From a virus, in IMG/VR virus record IMGVR_UViG_3300050821_010487, positions 1-64,000 of that record: 64,000 bases of DNA; one strand, 5' to 3'. The notes under the pieces were generated by a model. The model made no database searches. It saw only the letters and a list, made by a program, of their open reading frames with translations, and was not told where the DNA came from. The position numbers and the translations under genes are program-made. Below, in pieces: positions 42,430 through 51,873 of this stretch (position 1 is the stretch's first letter; every line of letters begins with the position of its first letter).

Positions 42430-45400
42430 ATGACTGACCGCAGCGACCTGGTGCGCGCGATCCACGCAGCCAAGACCGGCCGGGATATCTCCCGGGCCGT
42501 CGCGGCGCTCGACGCCCACGACCGGGCGGCCGTCCGCACGGCTGCCGCAGACAGAGAGCTGGACCTCGGCCACCGGATGGCCGCGAGCCGGCTGGACCCG
42601 GTCCCGGTGCACGAGCTGCACACCGCCGCGACCGACTGGCTGGCCGACTTCCAGGAACCCCAGGGTGACGGCAACTTCCGGACCGCGATGATCGCCGAGG
42701 CATCCACCTGGTACTCCCGCCTCGACCCCGCGGTGCGCGAGGATGGCCAGGAGCTGACCGAGCAGGCACGCGGGCGCGCGCGCAGCCTCGCCTCCGCCTA
42801 CGGCTCCCAGGCCCGTGCGGCCGAGCGCGAGTTCCTGCAGACCGTCGGCTACCTGCAGAGCCAGGCTGCCAGCGGCCTGCCACAGATCGACCAGACGATC
42901 GACCCGAACAACCAGCCGTCCGCGACGCCTTACCCCGCCGAGGTGTTCCCGACTTTCGGGGAGGAGCAGGACCAGTTCAACGGCGTCGAGACCAACAACC
43001 ACGGCTCCGGCGCCGCCAGCACGGGGGCGCCGATGCTGCAGCAGCTCCAGCAGCAGCAGAACTCGGGCTCGGGCTTCGGCTCAGGACCTGAGAAGCCCGA
43101 CGAGCACGGCACCGCGTTCGACACTTCGAACAGCTACGCCGAGGTCCCGCTGGGCACCCCCGGACAGATCCCGACGGCGGCTCCGGGCCAGGGCCCCACG
43201 CAGCCGTCGAGCGCCCCGACCCCGATGGAGGGCCAGCCGCAGGACGAGGGTGCCGACCGGCGCCAGGCGGTGGCCGCGGTGCAGGGCTACAGCTTCCCGG
43301 ACGCTTTCGGCTACCGGTGGGTGATGACCAGCGAGGTCATGCACCCGTTCCACGAGAAGTGCGCCGCCGCCCACTGGCCGGAGGAGGGATGCGGCGACCG
43401 GTCCCACACCGCTTCGGTGGCGATCGGCTACCAGATGGACCTGGACAAGGCCCGCCTGCTGGCCGGGGCCGAGCGCCTGGGCGTCCAGGAGGGCCTGCGG
43501 GCCTTCCACGGGTCGAAGACCCTCGCCGACCTGGTCGTGGCCCACAACCGGTTCACGAGCGCCTGGGGCGAGAGCGACCGGTCGGATGCGGACAGCGCGG
43601 TGCTGCACGGCTTCATGGCCGTGGTGCGGCCGGTGATGGCGGAGATGCTCCCGAACCACGCCTACCGCGGCGACGAGGAGCTGATGCGCCGTCACGCGGC
43701 TGGTGGCCTGGCGGCCGGCGGGGTTACCGAGCAGGAGCGCGCGGATGCCACGCACCACCTGCCGGGCACCGACAAGTTTCCGATCGACTCGGCGGCTGAC
43801 GTCCGCAACGCCCTGCACGACGTGGGCCGCACCAACGAGCCCCACGCCAAGGTCATGCATTACCTCCACGACATGGAGAACGAGTACCACGTCGGGGGCC
43901 TTCAGAGGATCGCCGCTAGCGGCGGGTGTGCCAACTGCCAGCACGGTGACCACGAGGGGTGCCGGACCGGGCAGTGCGACTGCGCCAAGGCAGGGCACAA
44001 GGCCCACCAGGGGAGCCGCCTGGATTTTAGGGGAGGGGCCGCTGGGCCCCGCCAGGGCGCATCCAGCCTCACCCAGGTCCAGCAGATCACCGACCCGGAC
44101 AACCAGCCCACCCCCCAGGATGACAGCCTGCCCGAGGGCGTGGCGTTCCCGCTGAACGAGGAGTACTCGGCGCAGTGGGTGACCGGCCCTGGCGGCGCCG
44201 CGCCTAAGGGCGCCACGCCCCAGGCCGAGGCCGGGGGGATGAAGGGCCTGCCCCAGAGCGCCGCCCAGATGTTCGGGCACATGGACGCGGTCGAGGGCAA
44301 GGAGCCGCACCACAAGGACCACTACCCGTACACGTCCCGGGCCCACGGCAGCTACCTGCGCGGCTGGAACAACACCAATGCCGTGATGACCGCGTACAAC
44401 GGCACCGACCCGATCAACCGCGAGGCCTACAGCGGCCTGACCGGCCGGCCGGACCTGCACGCCCACTGGCGCGACGCCTACGACACCGCGGTGCGCAACT
44501 ACTCGACCAACCAGGGGCACTCCAACGAGGCCAGCCTCCGCACCGCCGCCGACAGCGGCTCGGGCGTATCCTCCAGCACCGACCGGTGTGCCGACTGCGG
44601 GCACGAGCGCAGCCAGACCAGCGGGGGCTGTGTGCAGCACTGCCCGGGGTGCGCCTGCGATCCCAGTGCGCCGCCGAGGAAGCACGTCCCGCTGCGGCCC
44701 CGCCAGGCCGACGCCTGGAGCCAGCCGCGCCAGACCACCGACGACTTCGCCCCGCCGTTCAGCCAGCCGGCCACCAACGCGCCGATGACCCAGAACCAGG
44801 GTGACTACGAGGCCGGGGCGGCTGCCGCGAAGGCGGACAAGGCCTCCGGGCAGCGCCCGGCGTTCGCCGACAACTCCTCGGCGGTCTCGCCTTATGTGAA
44901 GGGGTACGCCGAGACCTGGGGCGCCTCCAGCGAGCCCCAGGGCGCCCAGGACGTCCCGTACTCGATGGGCGGGGACTCCGGGCAGGCGATGAACGCCCAG
45001 GAGGCGCAGAGAGGCTTCCAGGCATCTCCGCTGTCGGAGATCTCGGCCGCGTTCGTGCCCGCGGAGCTGCGCGGCAACCCGGACTTCTCGAAGGCCTACC
45101 GGTACGCCCAGATCTGGGGCCCTGGCACGCCGCTGGTGAAGCGGGGCTCGGCCGCGTTCGAGGCCGGCCTGTACGCGGGGGTGACCGACCGGCCGCAGAT
45201 CCAGCAGGTGTTCCTGGCCGAGCACGCGCTGCACGCCAAGGACCATCCTGACCTGGCTCAGCGGATCGCGCTGCACCGGTCGTTCAGCGTCAAGACCGCG
45301 GGCAAGACCCGTGGCCTGCGCACCGAGGGCGCGTACCTGGTGCGCAAGGCGGGCACGACCACCGACCTGATCACCGACGGGCCGGGGACCTCCCCGGACC

Positions 45401-45774
45401 CGATGGGTGCTACCCCGCTGAACGGTCCCGGCACGCCGCCGCCGATGGGCGGGCTCAGCGAGCCGGCCGCCCCGGGCGGTGCCCCGCCGTACCAGGGGGC
45501 GCCGCCGCTGTCAGGCGGCCCGGTGGTCCCGGACGACGTGATGGGGCACTCCCAGCAGGAGCCGCAGCCCGACGGGCCGTTCACCAGCACGTTCAGTGGT
45601 GACCACCCGGAGAACACCACCCTGGCGCCGGTCGCGCCGAACAGCGCTGACGAGCCGGGCTACTCGAACAAGGACGCCTACCAGGGCGGCCGTGGCCCCG
45701 ACCGGGTGGCCATGAAGGAAGCGTTCCGCCGGCGGGTCCAGGCCGGACTGGCCCAGATGAGGGAGGCACAGTGA
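42430..45774 (+). CDS. Large probable virion/head-associated protein with [R/K]xA-delimited modules
   Basis: RBS GGAGG; 1114 aa with P/Q/G-rich segments; RTAA, RQA, RHAA, RIAA, KTA and RKA linkers. Confidence 0.7.
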   Translation: MTDRSDLVRAIHAAKTGRDISRAVAALDAHDRAAVRTAAADRELDLGHRMAASRLDPVPVHELHTAATDWLADFQEPQGDGNFRTAMIAEASTWYSRLDPAVREDGQELTEQARGRARSLASAYGSQARAAEREFLQTVGYLQSQAASGLPQIDQTIDPNNQPSATPYPAEVFPTFGEEQDQFNGVETNNHGSGAASTGAPMLQQLQQQQNSGSGFGSGPEKPDEHGTAFDTSNSYAEVPLGTPGQIPTAAPGQGPTQPSSAPTPMEGQPQDEGADRRQAVAAVQGYSFPDAFGYRWVMTSEVMHPFHEKCAAAHWPEEGCGDRSHTASVAIGYQMDLDKARLLAGAERLGVQEGLRAFHGSKTLADLVVAHNRFTSAWGESDRSDADSAVLHGFMAVVRPVMAEMLPNHAYRGDEELMRRHAAGGLAAGGVTEQERADATHHLPGTDKFPIDSAADVRNALHDVGRTNEPHAKVMHYLHDMENEYHVGGLQRIAASGGCANCQHGDHEGCRTGQCDCAKAGHKAHQGSRLDFRGGAAGPRQGASSLTQVQQITDPDNQPTPQDDSLPEGVAFPLNEEYSAQWVTGPGGAAPKGATPQAEAGGMKGLPQSAAQMFGHMDAVEGKEPHHKDHYPYTSRAHGSYLRGWNNTNAVMTAYNGTDPINREAYSGLTGRPDLHAHWRDAYDTAVRNYSTNQGHSNEASLRTAADSGSGVSSSTDRCADCGHERSQTSGGCVQHCPGCACDPSAPPRKHVPLRPRQADAWSQPRQTTDDFAPPFSQPATNAPMTQNQGDYEAGAAAAKADKASGQRPAFADNSSAVSPYVKGYAETWGASSEPQGAQDVPYSMGGDSGQAMNAQEAQRGFQASPLSEISAAFVPAELRGNPDFSKAYRYAQIWGPGTPLVKRGSAAFEAGLYAGVTDRPQIQQVFLAEHALHAKDHPDLAQRIALHRSFSVKTAGKTRGLRTEGAYLVRKAGTTTDLITDGPGTSPDPMGATPLNGPGTPPPMGGLSEPAAPGGAPPYQGAPPLSGGPVVPDDVMGHSQQEPQPDGPFTSTFSGDHPENTTLAPVAPNSADEPGYSNKDAYQGGRGPDRVAMKEAFRRRVQAGLAQMREAQ

Positions 45775-46766
45775 GCGACGAGCTGTGGATCGAGGCGTCA
45801 GCCGACCACGAGGGCCTGGTCAGGGAGGCAGCGTTCGCGCGGGCCGACGCCGAGCTTGAGCCGGTGATGTCGTTCCTGCTCGGTGCCCGCTCCCCCCAGG
45901 AGTTCGCGCACCGCAGCGCGCTCGCCCAGGAGTCTGTGCGCTCTGTCGCCTCCCTCTGCGGCGTGGGCGAGGACGAGCTGATGGCCACGGCCCGGCGCCG
46001 CTTCGAGCTGTACCGGCAGGCTCTTGCCGAGGGCGTGGACCCGCTGCAGGAGGTCGTGGACTGCTCCCACGCCTCCGGTGGCCCGGAGAAGCCTGACGAG
46101 CATTCGACGGGCCCGGCGCCGGACGCCTACTCCGAGGTCCCCCCCGCCCCCCCGAGGGGCCCGGCCCCGCAGGTGACCCAGGTCCGGCCGCCGCAGATGG
46201 GCCCGGTGCAAGAGGCCACCGGCTCGCTGCGCCGGCGGGCCGACACGGGGGGCGCCGCGGACATGACGCCGTTCTACACCCCGCCGATGCCCCCGGACAC
46301 CGGCACGGGGATGGGCTCGACTGACACCAGCGTCCCGGGTGCGAACACCAACGACATGACGCCGTCGCTGCCGAACAGCGGGCCGGCGGGCGCCAACGCC
46401 CCGATGCCTGAGATCGGCCAGGTGACGTCCTCGAAGGACCCGGTCCGGCGCCAGGTTCTGGCGACCGCGGCGCTGATCAGGCAGGCGAACCGGCACCTGC
46501 CCCCGGCCGAGTGCGAGCGCGTTGCCCGCCAGGTGGTCGGCCGTTACCTGACCGCCGACCTGGCGGGCTCGGTGATGGACGATGACCCCGGCAGCGGAGG
46601 CGGTGATGGCGGCGGCAGCCACGACAGCGGCACCGGCCCGTTCGGCCACATGCTTGAGTGGAAGGGACTCAACTCCATGATGCCGGGCGGCGGTGGCGGT
46701 GCTGCCGGCGAGGCTGCCGGAGCCGGTGAGGGGCTCGGGGAGCTGGCAGGACTCGCCGCGCTCTAG
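45771..46766 (+). CDS. Probable virion-associated protein
   Basis: GTGA coupling; shares the GPEKPDEH...Y.EVP motif with the upstream protein; Gly/Ala tail. Confidence 0.7.
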   Translation: MSDELWIEASADHEGLVREAAFARADAELEPVMSFLLGARSPQEFAHRSALAQESVRSVASLCGVGEDELMATARRRFELYRQALAEGVDPLQEVVDCSHASGGPEKPDEHSTGPAPDAYSEVPPAPPRGPAPQVTQVRPPQMGPVQEATGSLRRRADTGGAADMTPFYTPPMPPDTGTGMGSTDTSVPGANTNDMTPSLPNSGPAGANAPMPEIGQVTSSKDPVRRQVLATAALIRQANRHLPPAECERVARQVVGRYLTADLAGSVMDDDPGSGGGDGGGSHDSGTGPFGHMLEWKGLNSMMPGGGGGAAGEAAGAGEGLGELAGLAAL

Positions 46767-47269
46767 CTGAACTGCAGCGCACCAAGGTGCAAGTCGCTAC
46801 CTGGCATGACTACCTTGTGGACTTCGTAGGGTGGCCCGATCGGCTTCCCGTGGACGTCCCGTAGCTGCACGGTGTGGACAGTGCAGGAGGGCAGCCCCTT
46901 GAGGACAAGACCGCCCTCCCGGCTCCATTCTGAGATGTAGCTCACCCCGGGCGGTTCAGAGGTTATGTCGGCGGTGTACGGCGGCTCAAATCCGAGGTCG
47001 CTGAGGCTGATCTTCCCCTCATCCTCAGCAGCTTCTGGCGAAGTGTCTCCGTTTGCGCAGCCGTAGAAGTATCCGGACCAGAAGTGGGCGAACGCCTTGT
47101 CCTGCTCATCAAGAGTGGGATCGTCGTGGATGACCTTCTGCGCCCTGGCGGCAGCGTTGGCATCTCCCGGGTCAAAACGAACGATCTCGCGCTCGGTGCC
47201 GTCCTCGAACAGGATGACCTCACCGCCGATCTGCTGGATGAGGAACAGTTCACTGGGCAGCCGTGCCAT
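46763..47269 (-). CDS. Hypothetical protein (MARLPSELF...)
   Basis: GGAGG RBS; converges on and overlaps the stop of the + strand gene. Confidence 0.65.
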   Translation of the reverse strand: MARLPSELFLIQQIGGEVILFEDGTEREIVRFDPGDANAAARAQKVIHDDPTLDEQDKAFAHFWSGYFYGCANGDTSPEAAEDEGKISLSDLGFEPPYTADITSEPPGVSYISEWSREGGLVLKGLPSCTVHTVQLRDVHGKPIGPPYEVHKVVMPGSDLHLGALQFS

Positions 47270-47270
47270 G

Positions 47271-47537
47271 TCAGCCTCCGGGGGGTTGATCTTTGGGGAA
47301 CCGGAACCCGCCCCAGCATGAGCAGCCGACGGACGGGTCAGAACAGTCGTGGGCATTGCGCAGCCAGCCGGCGAAGTTGGCCAGGTTCACCCGGGGCGAG
47401 TAATGCCGGCTCACGCCAGGGCCCGAAGGAGAGCGCCACGGCTTGCGCCAGAAGAGGTCGAGCACAGGCCCGTGCCAGCGGCGCATCCGCCGCTGCATCA
47501 CGTGGATCACTTCGTCGTTACGGGTTTTGTACGGCAT
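47271..47537 (-). CDS. Hypothetical protein
   Basis: AAGGAG RBS before MPYKTR. Confidence 0.5.
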   Translation of the reverse strand: MPYKTRNDEVIHVMQRRMRRWHGPVLDLFWRKPWRSPSGPGVSRHYSPRVNLANFAGWLRNAHDCSDPSVGCSCWGGFRFPKDQPPGG

Positions 47538-48483
47538 GTCCCGGGTCTCCTTCCAGTGCATGCTTGATCTCGCGGCCGAAAGCCCGTGCGACGGGCGGCG
47601 GGAAGGCGTTGCCGATCTGCCGGTAGGCGGCCGTCTTGGTGCCTGAGAACCACCAGTCATCGGGGAAGCCCTGCAGCCGCGCGACCATGCGGAGCGTCAG
47701 CCGGGGGAGGTGGTCAGCGGGCTCGTCCGGGCCGGGGGCCAGCTCGGCGATCGAGCCGCCGTTGACGTGCAGCTCCCGCCATGCCGCCCTGGCCCGGGTC
47801 GGGCCGAGGTCGGGGCCGCCGTGCTTCTTGCTGCCGCCCACGATGGTGGGTGCGACTTTGTTGCAGAGTAGCGACCAGTGATGCGCCCACGGCCATCCGT
47901 TCTCTGCCATCAGGTCGTACAGCGCTTCCCCCGCGGTGGCGCCGGGGACGATGGTGTAGGGCCAGTGGAACCGTTGGCACCACGGTGCGCGCAGCGCCAC
48001 CAGGACCAGGCGCGGCCGGAGCTGGGGAACGCCGAAGGTGCAGGCGTTGATGCCCTGCCACCAGCTCTGGGCGTAACCCAGTTTCCAGAGCCGCTCCGCC
48101 ACCTGCCAGCGGTAGCCGGCGAACTTCTTCTGGCCGAGGCCCATGACGTTCTCCAGCAGCACCGCGCGGGGCTGGGCTTCCTCGATGATCCGCAGCGCCT
48201 CAGGGAACAGGTCGCGCTCGTCGGCGTGCCCGAGCTGCTTGCTGCCGACGGAGAACGGCTGGCACGGGACACCCCCGGCGACCAGGTCCACGCCGCGGAA
48301 CTGGCGGCCGTCGAGGTTGCGGATGTCGTCCTCGATGATTTTCGTGCCGCAGAGGTTGGTGCGCAGTGTGATGCAGGCGTCGGAGTCGATCTCGGCTAGC
48401 GCCACGTGCCGGAACCCGGCCTGGTCGAGTCCGAGCGCCTGGCCGCCGCCTCCCGCGCAGATCTCCACGGCTGTGAGGCTCAT
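47518..48483 (-). CDS. DNA (cytosine-5) methyltransferase, NaeI/NgoMIV-like
   Basis: EICAGGGG, GGVPCQPFS, ENV, PQ.RPR, TRD TIVGGSKKHGGPDLGPTRA, RQIGNA. Confidence 0.93.
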   Translation of the reverse strand: MSLTAVEICAGGGGQALGLDQAGFRHVALAEIDSDACITLRTNLCGTKIIEDDIRNLDGRQFRGVDLVAGGVPCQPFSVGSKQLGHADERDLFPEALRIIEEAQPRAVLLENVMGLGQKKFAGYRWQVAERLWKLGYAQSWWQGINACTFGVPQLRPRLVLVALRAPWCQRFHWPYTIVPGATAGEALYDLMAENGWPWAHHWSLLCNKVAPTIVGGSKKHGGPDLGPTRARAAWRELHVNGGSIAELAPGPDEPADHLPRLTLRMVARLQGFPDDWWFSGTKTAAYRQIGNAFPPPVARAFGREIKHALEGDPGHAVQNP

Positions 48484-49181
48484 ACGGACGTGACCTCCTC
48501 TGGGGTGGGTGCCCGCCAGGCCCATGCCTGCGACCGCTCAGCGCGCCTCTCGTGCAGCGCGCGGAGAGAGTAGTAGCGGCTCTGGATGTCAGCCTTGATG
48601 CCGTCCCGGACCCCGAGGTCGATCGTCGCCAGGGCGGCCTGGTAGGCCTTGTAGGAGCAGCGTGGCCGCAGACCCAGGGCAGCCTTCAAACGGCGCGTGT
48701 AGACCTCCTGGGCGCGCTCCATGAGGGTCCTGGTGTAGGCGCTGTACTTCGCCCGCAGAGGGTGCCCGTAGTAGCGACCGTGGCAGGCCTCGCAGTAGTG
48801 CCGGTACCTGCCTCCGCCGACCGAGGTGCCCCAGCCCTGGACCCCAGAGCCCTTGCAGCCAGGGCAATCGAGGTAGCCGGTGAAGTGCTCCCGGTCGCGG
48901 CGCCAGCTCGGGCAGTGCGGCGGGTAGTTCACGCTGCGGGCGCCGTCGAGAACCGCGATCTTCTCGACGTAGGGCCCGGCCGCGGTGCAGGCGTAGCACA
49001 GGCCGTTGCACGCTCCGGCGTGGACTTCAGCGGGGTGGTTGCCGTCGGCGTTCAGCAGCTTGTTACAGCGCAGGCAGTGCAGCTCGACCTGGAATAGGCC
49101 GTCGCTGCCCATCTGCAGATCCTTGAGCTGCTGCTGCCAGCGTTCTACCACTGCTGCGGCGGGGCCGCGTTCGCTGGTCAT
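48480..49181 (-). CDS. Hypothetical Cys-rich protein
   Basis: Several CxxC motifs; ATGA coupling. Confidence 0.65.
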   Translation of the reverse strand: MTSERGPAAAVVERWQQQLKDLQMGSDGLFQVELHCLRCNKLLNADGNHPAEVHAGACNGLCYACTAAGPYVEKIAVLDGARSVNYPPHCPSWRRDREHFTGYLDCPGCKGSGVQGWGTSVGGGRYRHYCEACHGRYYGHPLRAKYSAYTRTLMERAQEVYTRRLKAALGLRPRCSYKAYQAALATIDLGVRDGIKADIQSRYYSLRALHERRAERSQAWAWRAPTPEEVTSV

Positions 49182-49570
49182 ATCCGGCCACCCCTCCAGT
49201 TGACGGGCCCGTGGACAGCCATCCGGGCACAGAAGACGAGCACCCCAGCGCGCTTGATCACAAGCTGATAGGCCTCGCTGTCAAACGGCACCTTGGCCAT
49301 GTCGAGCGCGACGTCGGTGAGCAGCCAGGCATAACCACCCGGGGTGAGGATGTAGCGGGGGACCTCGCTGTCGTCCGGGTCCTTGACCGAGAGGAAGCCG
49401 CGGTGCACCAGGCTCTCGCAGATCTTCGAGGTGTCGTAGAGCGACCCCGCCAGGGGCGCCAGCGCCCGGGACCAGAATCCGGTGTCAGCGACGGCGCGCA
49501 GCACCTGCCGCTGCCGCCGGCCCATGCCGGAGCCGAGGTCGCGCTCGGTCATGACGACGATCCTGCTCAT
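49178..49570 (-). CDS. Winged-helix-like hypothetical protein
   Basis: RQRQVL...CESLVHRGFL...YILTPGG. Confidence 0.55.
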   Translation of the reverse strand: MSRIVVMTERDLGSGMGRRQRQVLRAVADTGFWSRALAPLAGSLYDTSKICESLVHRGFLSVKDPDDSEVPRYILTPGGYAWLLTDVALDMAKVPFDSEAYQLVIKRAGVLVFCARMAVHGPVNWRGGRI

Positions 49571-49571
49571 G

Positions 49572-49964
49572 TCAGGCCTTCTCTGCGTAGATGGTGCTGC
49601 CGAAGCCACCGCCGAGGCGGAAGTAGCCGACGATGGGGCAGGAGCCGCGGAGGACCATGGCCACCGGGCTGTCCTTGACAGGAGCCCGGTAGATGAAGAT
49701 CCCCGGCAGCTCCCTGCTGACGATCCCGGCGTCGAGCAGGTTCTTGTCGGGGGTGCTGAGGTCTCCCTCCCGCCGCAGCTTGATCTCCCGCGCCAGGTGC
49801 CAGGCAAGCGAAGAGCTGGCACGGTCGGCGATCATGCGCCCGGCCGCTGCCTTGTCGGGAGCCACCACCAGGACGTGGACCTGGTGGTGGCTGCCGGTCA
49901 TCCCCAGGGCCCGGCACCAGTCGGTCGGCACCATGGCCACGGAGTTAGACGTGAAGATCTTCAT
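49572..49964 (-). CDS. Hypothetical protein
   Basis: Operon context. Confidence 0.6.
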   Translation of the reverse strand: MKIFTSNSVAMVPTDWCRALGMTGSHHQVHVLVVAPDKAAAGRMIADRASSSLAWHLAREIKLRREGDLSTPDKNLLDAGIVSRELPGIFIYRAPVKDSPVAMVLRGSCPIVGYFRLGGGFGSTIYAEKA

Positions 49965-50625
49965 GCGGTGCCGCCAGGGGGGAGGAGGTGAAGTGGGTCA
50001 GAACGGTGCGCCGGCTGTAGGACTCGGCGCAGGAGGTGCACACCAGGGCGGTCTCCTGGGGGTCCTGGTTGCGGTAGTTGTAGCTGATCTTGCGGGTGGC
50101 CGGGGTGTGGCTGTGGCCGACGGTGTCGCACCGCTTCTGCTGCGGCAGCCGCATGCTCTTGAGCAGCGCGGCCATGGTGAACTCGGCCGGGCCGATGTGG
50201 AGGCCGCTGTCGAGGTCCGGGTCGGATGAGGTGAACGCGACGTCGGTGACGCCCTGCTTCGACAGCTTGCGGATGTTCGACCAGCCGCCGTGCAGCTTGA
50301 CGTCCACCCAGCCGCGGCCGGTGATGAACACCTGGGCGATGCGGACCTTGTGGTGACCGAAGTATTCGCGTACGGCCGGGGCGGTCGCCTCGTAGATGGG
50401 AACCGCGGTCACGTCCTGGGCGCCGTATCCCCAGCGGTTGGCGTAGGTGATGGCGCGGGAGCGGACCGAGTCGTAGGAGTTGCCGTGCGCCAGCTCGGCC
50501 CACTGGCCCTTGCTGTTGCGCGCGATCCCGGCCACGCCCCACTTGTTCGGCGGGGAGGTGTAGGTGATCTCGGTGCCGTCGGGGGCGTACGCCGCTCCCC
50601 TGACCGTCTTGGTGGTGCTGGCCAT
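49945..50625 (-). CDS. Hypothetical early protein (MASTTK...)
   Basis: First gene after a cassette promoter; RBS AGGAGG. Confidence 0.7.
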   Translation of the reverse strand: MASTTKTVRGAAYAPDGTEITYTSPPNKWGVAGIARNSKGQWAELAHGNSYDSVRSRAITYANRWGYGAQDVTAVPIYEATAPAVREYFGHHKVRIAQVFITGRGWVDVKLHGGWSNIRKLSKQGVTDVAFTSSDPDLDSGLHIGPAEFTMAALLKSMRLPQQKRCDTVGHSHTPATRKISYNYRNQDPQETALVCTSCAESYSRRTVLTHFTSSPLAAPHEDLHV

Positions 50626-50629
50626 CTGG

Positions 50630-50691
50630 TCCTCCTGGCTGCCGGTTTCCTTGCTAAGAGGAACATTACAGCTTTTCTTGCTAACGCGCAA
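50630..50691 (-). promoter_or_regulatory. Promoter-box-leader-RBS repeat unit
   Basis: TTGCGC-N17-TAATGT; box at 50666-50684; leader TTAGCAAGGAAACCGG...AGGAGG. Confidence 0.85.
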
Positions 50692-50697
50692 CCCCGG

Positions 50698-51327
50698 TCA
50701 GGCAGCCAGGTCCCATCCGGCCCGGACCCAGCGGGCGGGGCTCAGCCGGTGCCATCGTTCGCACCGCAGGATCTCCGCGGCCACGGGCAGGTTCGGGGAG
50801 TTCAGTCCTGGCCTGTAGTGGACGTAGCCGTCGCGGTCGCGCCAGTAGTTGCATTTGAGGATGTTGCACTCCGAGCACAGCGTCATCAGGTTCCAGATTG
50901 CGGTCAGGCCGCCACCAGCCCACGGGCGGATGTGGTCGGCGTGCAGATCGCCTTTCACCACGCCGCCACCGCCGCACCAGACACACCGGTACCGGTCGGC
51001 CCGCATCACGGCCCGGTGCACCCGGGCGGGGATGTCCTGCGAGTTCTGCTGCAGGCGCGGAACGGGATCGCGCCACCTGGTTCCGTTGATCAGCCTGGCC
51101 CGGTGGCGGGCCCGTGTCTTAGGCGGGATCAGCAGCATCGGCACCTTGTTCAGCGACACCAGGAAGGCGGGCATCATGATGCCGGCGAGCGCGCCCAGGG
51201 AGAGCAGCACCAGCAGGCCCTTCCCCTCGAAAGGCTCGTGAAGGTACCCCCAGCCCGCCACGGCGGCCGTGGGCGGCACGAGAGAGGCCGCGGGGAATCC
51301 GCGGGCACGGCGGCGCCTCCTAGCCAT
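50698..51327 (-). CDS. HNH endonuclease with hydrophobic N-terminus
   Basis: D.YRCVWCG...DHIRP...GG.....NL.TLC..CN..K. Confidence 0.85.
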   Translation of the reverse strand: MARRRRRARGFPAASLVPPTAAVAGWGYLHEPFEGKGLLVLLSLGALAGIMMPAFLVSLNKVPMLLIPPKTRARHRARLINGTRWRDPVPRLQQNSQDIPARVHRAVMRADRYRCVWCGGGGVVKGDLHADHIRPWAGGGLTAIWNLMTLCSECNILKCNYWRDRDGYVHYRPGLNSPNLPVAAEILRCERWHRLSPARWVRAGWDLAA

Positions 51328-51592
51328 GGCGGCGCTCCTGGGGGCCCGCTTGCTGCACCCGGGCAGCCAGCTCAGCGAATTGCTCCTGCAGCGTTCTGAT
51401 GTCTCCCTCCAGCTCGGCCACCCGGTTTTCCAGGGTGCGGACGAGCTGGAGGGTAGGCACCCCGCCTAGATCCCTGGCGGTGTGGGTGTGATCCTCGCGG
51501 GCAGCCCTGCTCACGTCCAGGATGTCGTGCTCGTGCCGGTCGGGTGCGGCACCGACGTCGCGGGCATCGTGGGTGTGGCCGTCGCAGCTCAC
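51320..51592 (-). CDS. Hypothetical protein (H.H.ARD repeats and coiled coil)
   Basis: HTHDARDV / HEHDILDV / HTHTARDL. Confidence 0.6.
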   Translation of the reverse strand: MSCDGHTHDARDVGAAPDRHEHDILDVSRAAREDHTHTARDLGGVPTLQLVRTLENRVAELEGDIRTLQEQFAELAARVQQAGPQERRHG

Positions 51593-51873
51593 AGCACACC
51601 GTCCCGGTACCGCGCCTCGTGCAGCGCCCCGGCCCGCCAGAGGTCCCCCAGCGCGCTCAGGAGGGTGTGCAGCGAGACCTGGCCGGTGAGCCTGTTGTCG
51701 GGGAGTAGCTCGCGGGCCCGCGCCTCGATCACGGCGACAGCCGCGTCCGGCAGCTCGTTGCGCTGCCCCTCGCGGGTCATCGCCACCAGCTTGAGGCGTG
51801 CGTCGGCCTCCGCGACCATCGCGTCCCGCAAGCGCTCTGTCTGGTCTACCAGGTCGGTCAGGGAGTAGGTCAT
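51589..51873 (-). CDS. Hypothetical protein
   Basis: RBS AGGAGG; coupled. Confidence 0.65.
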   Translation of the reverse strand: MTYSLTDLVDQTERLRDAMVAEADARLKLVAMTREGQRNELPDAAVAVIEARARELLPDNRLTGQVSLHTLLSALGDLWRAGALHEARYRDGVL

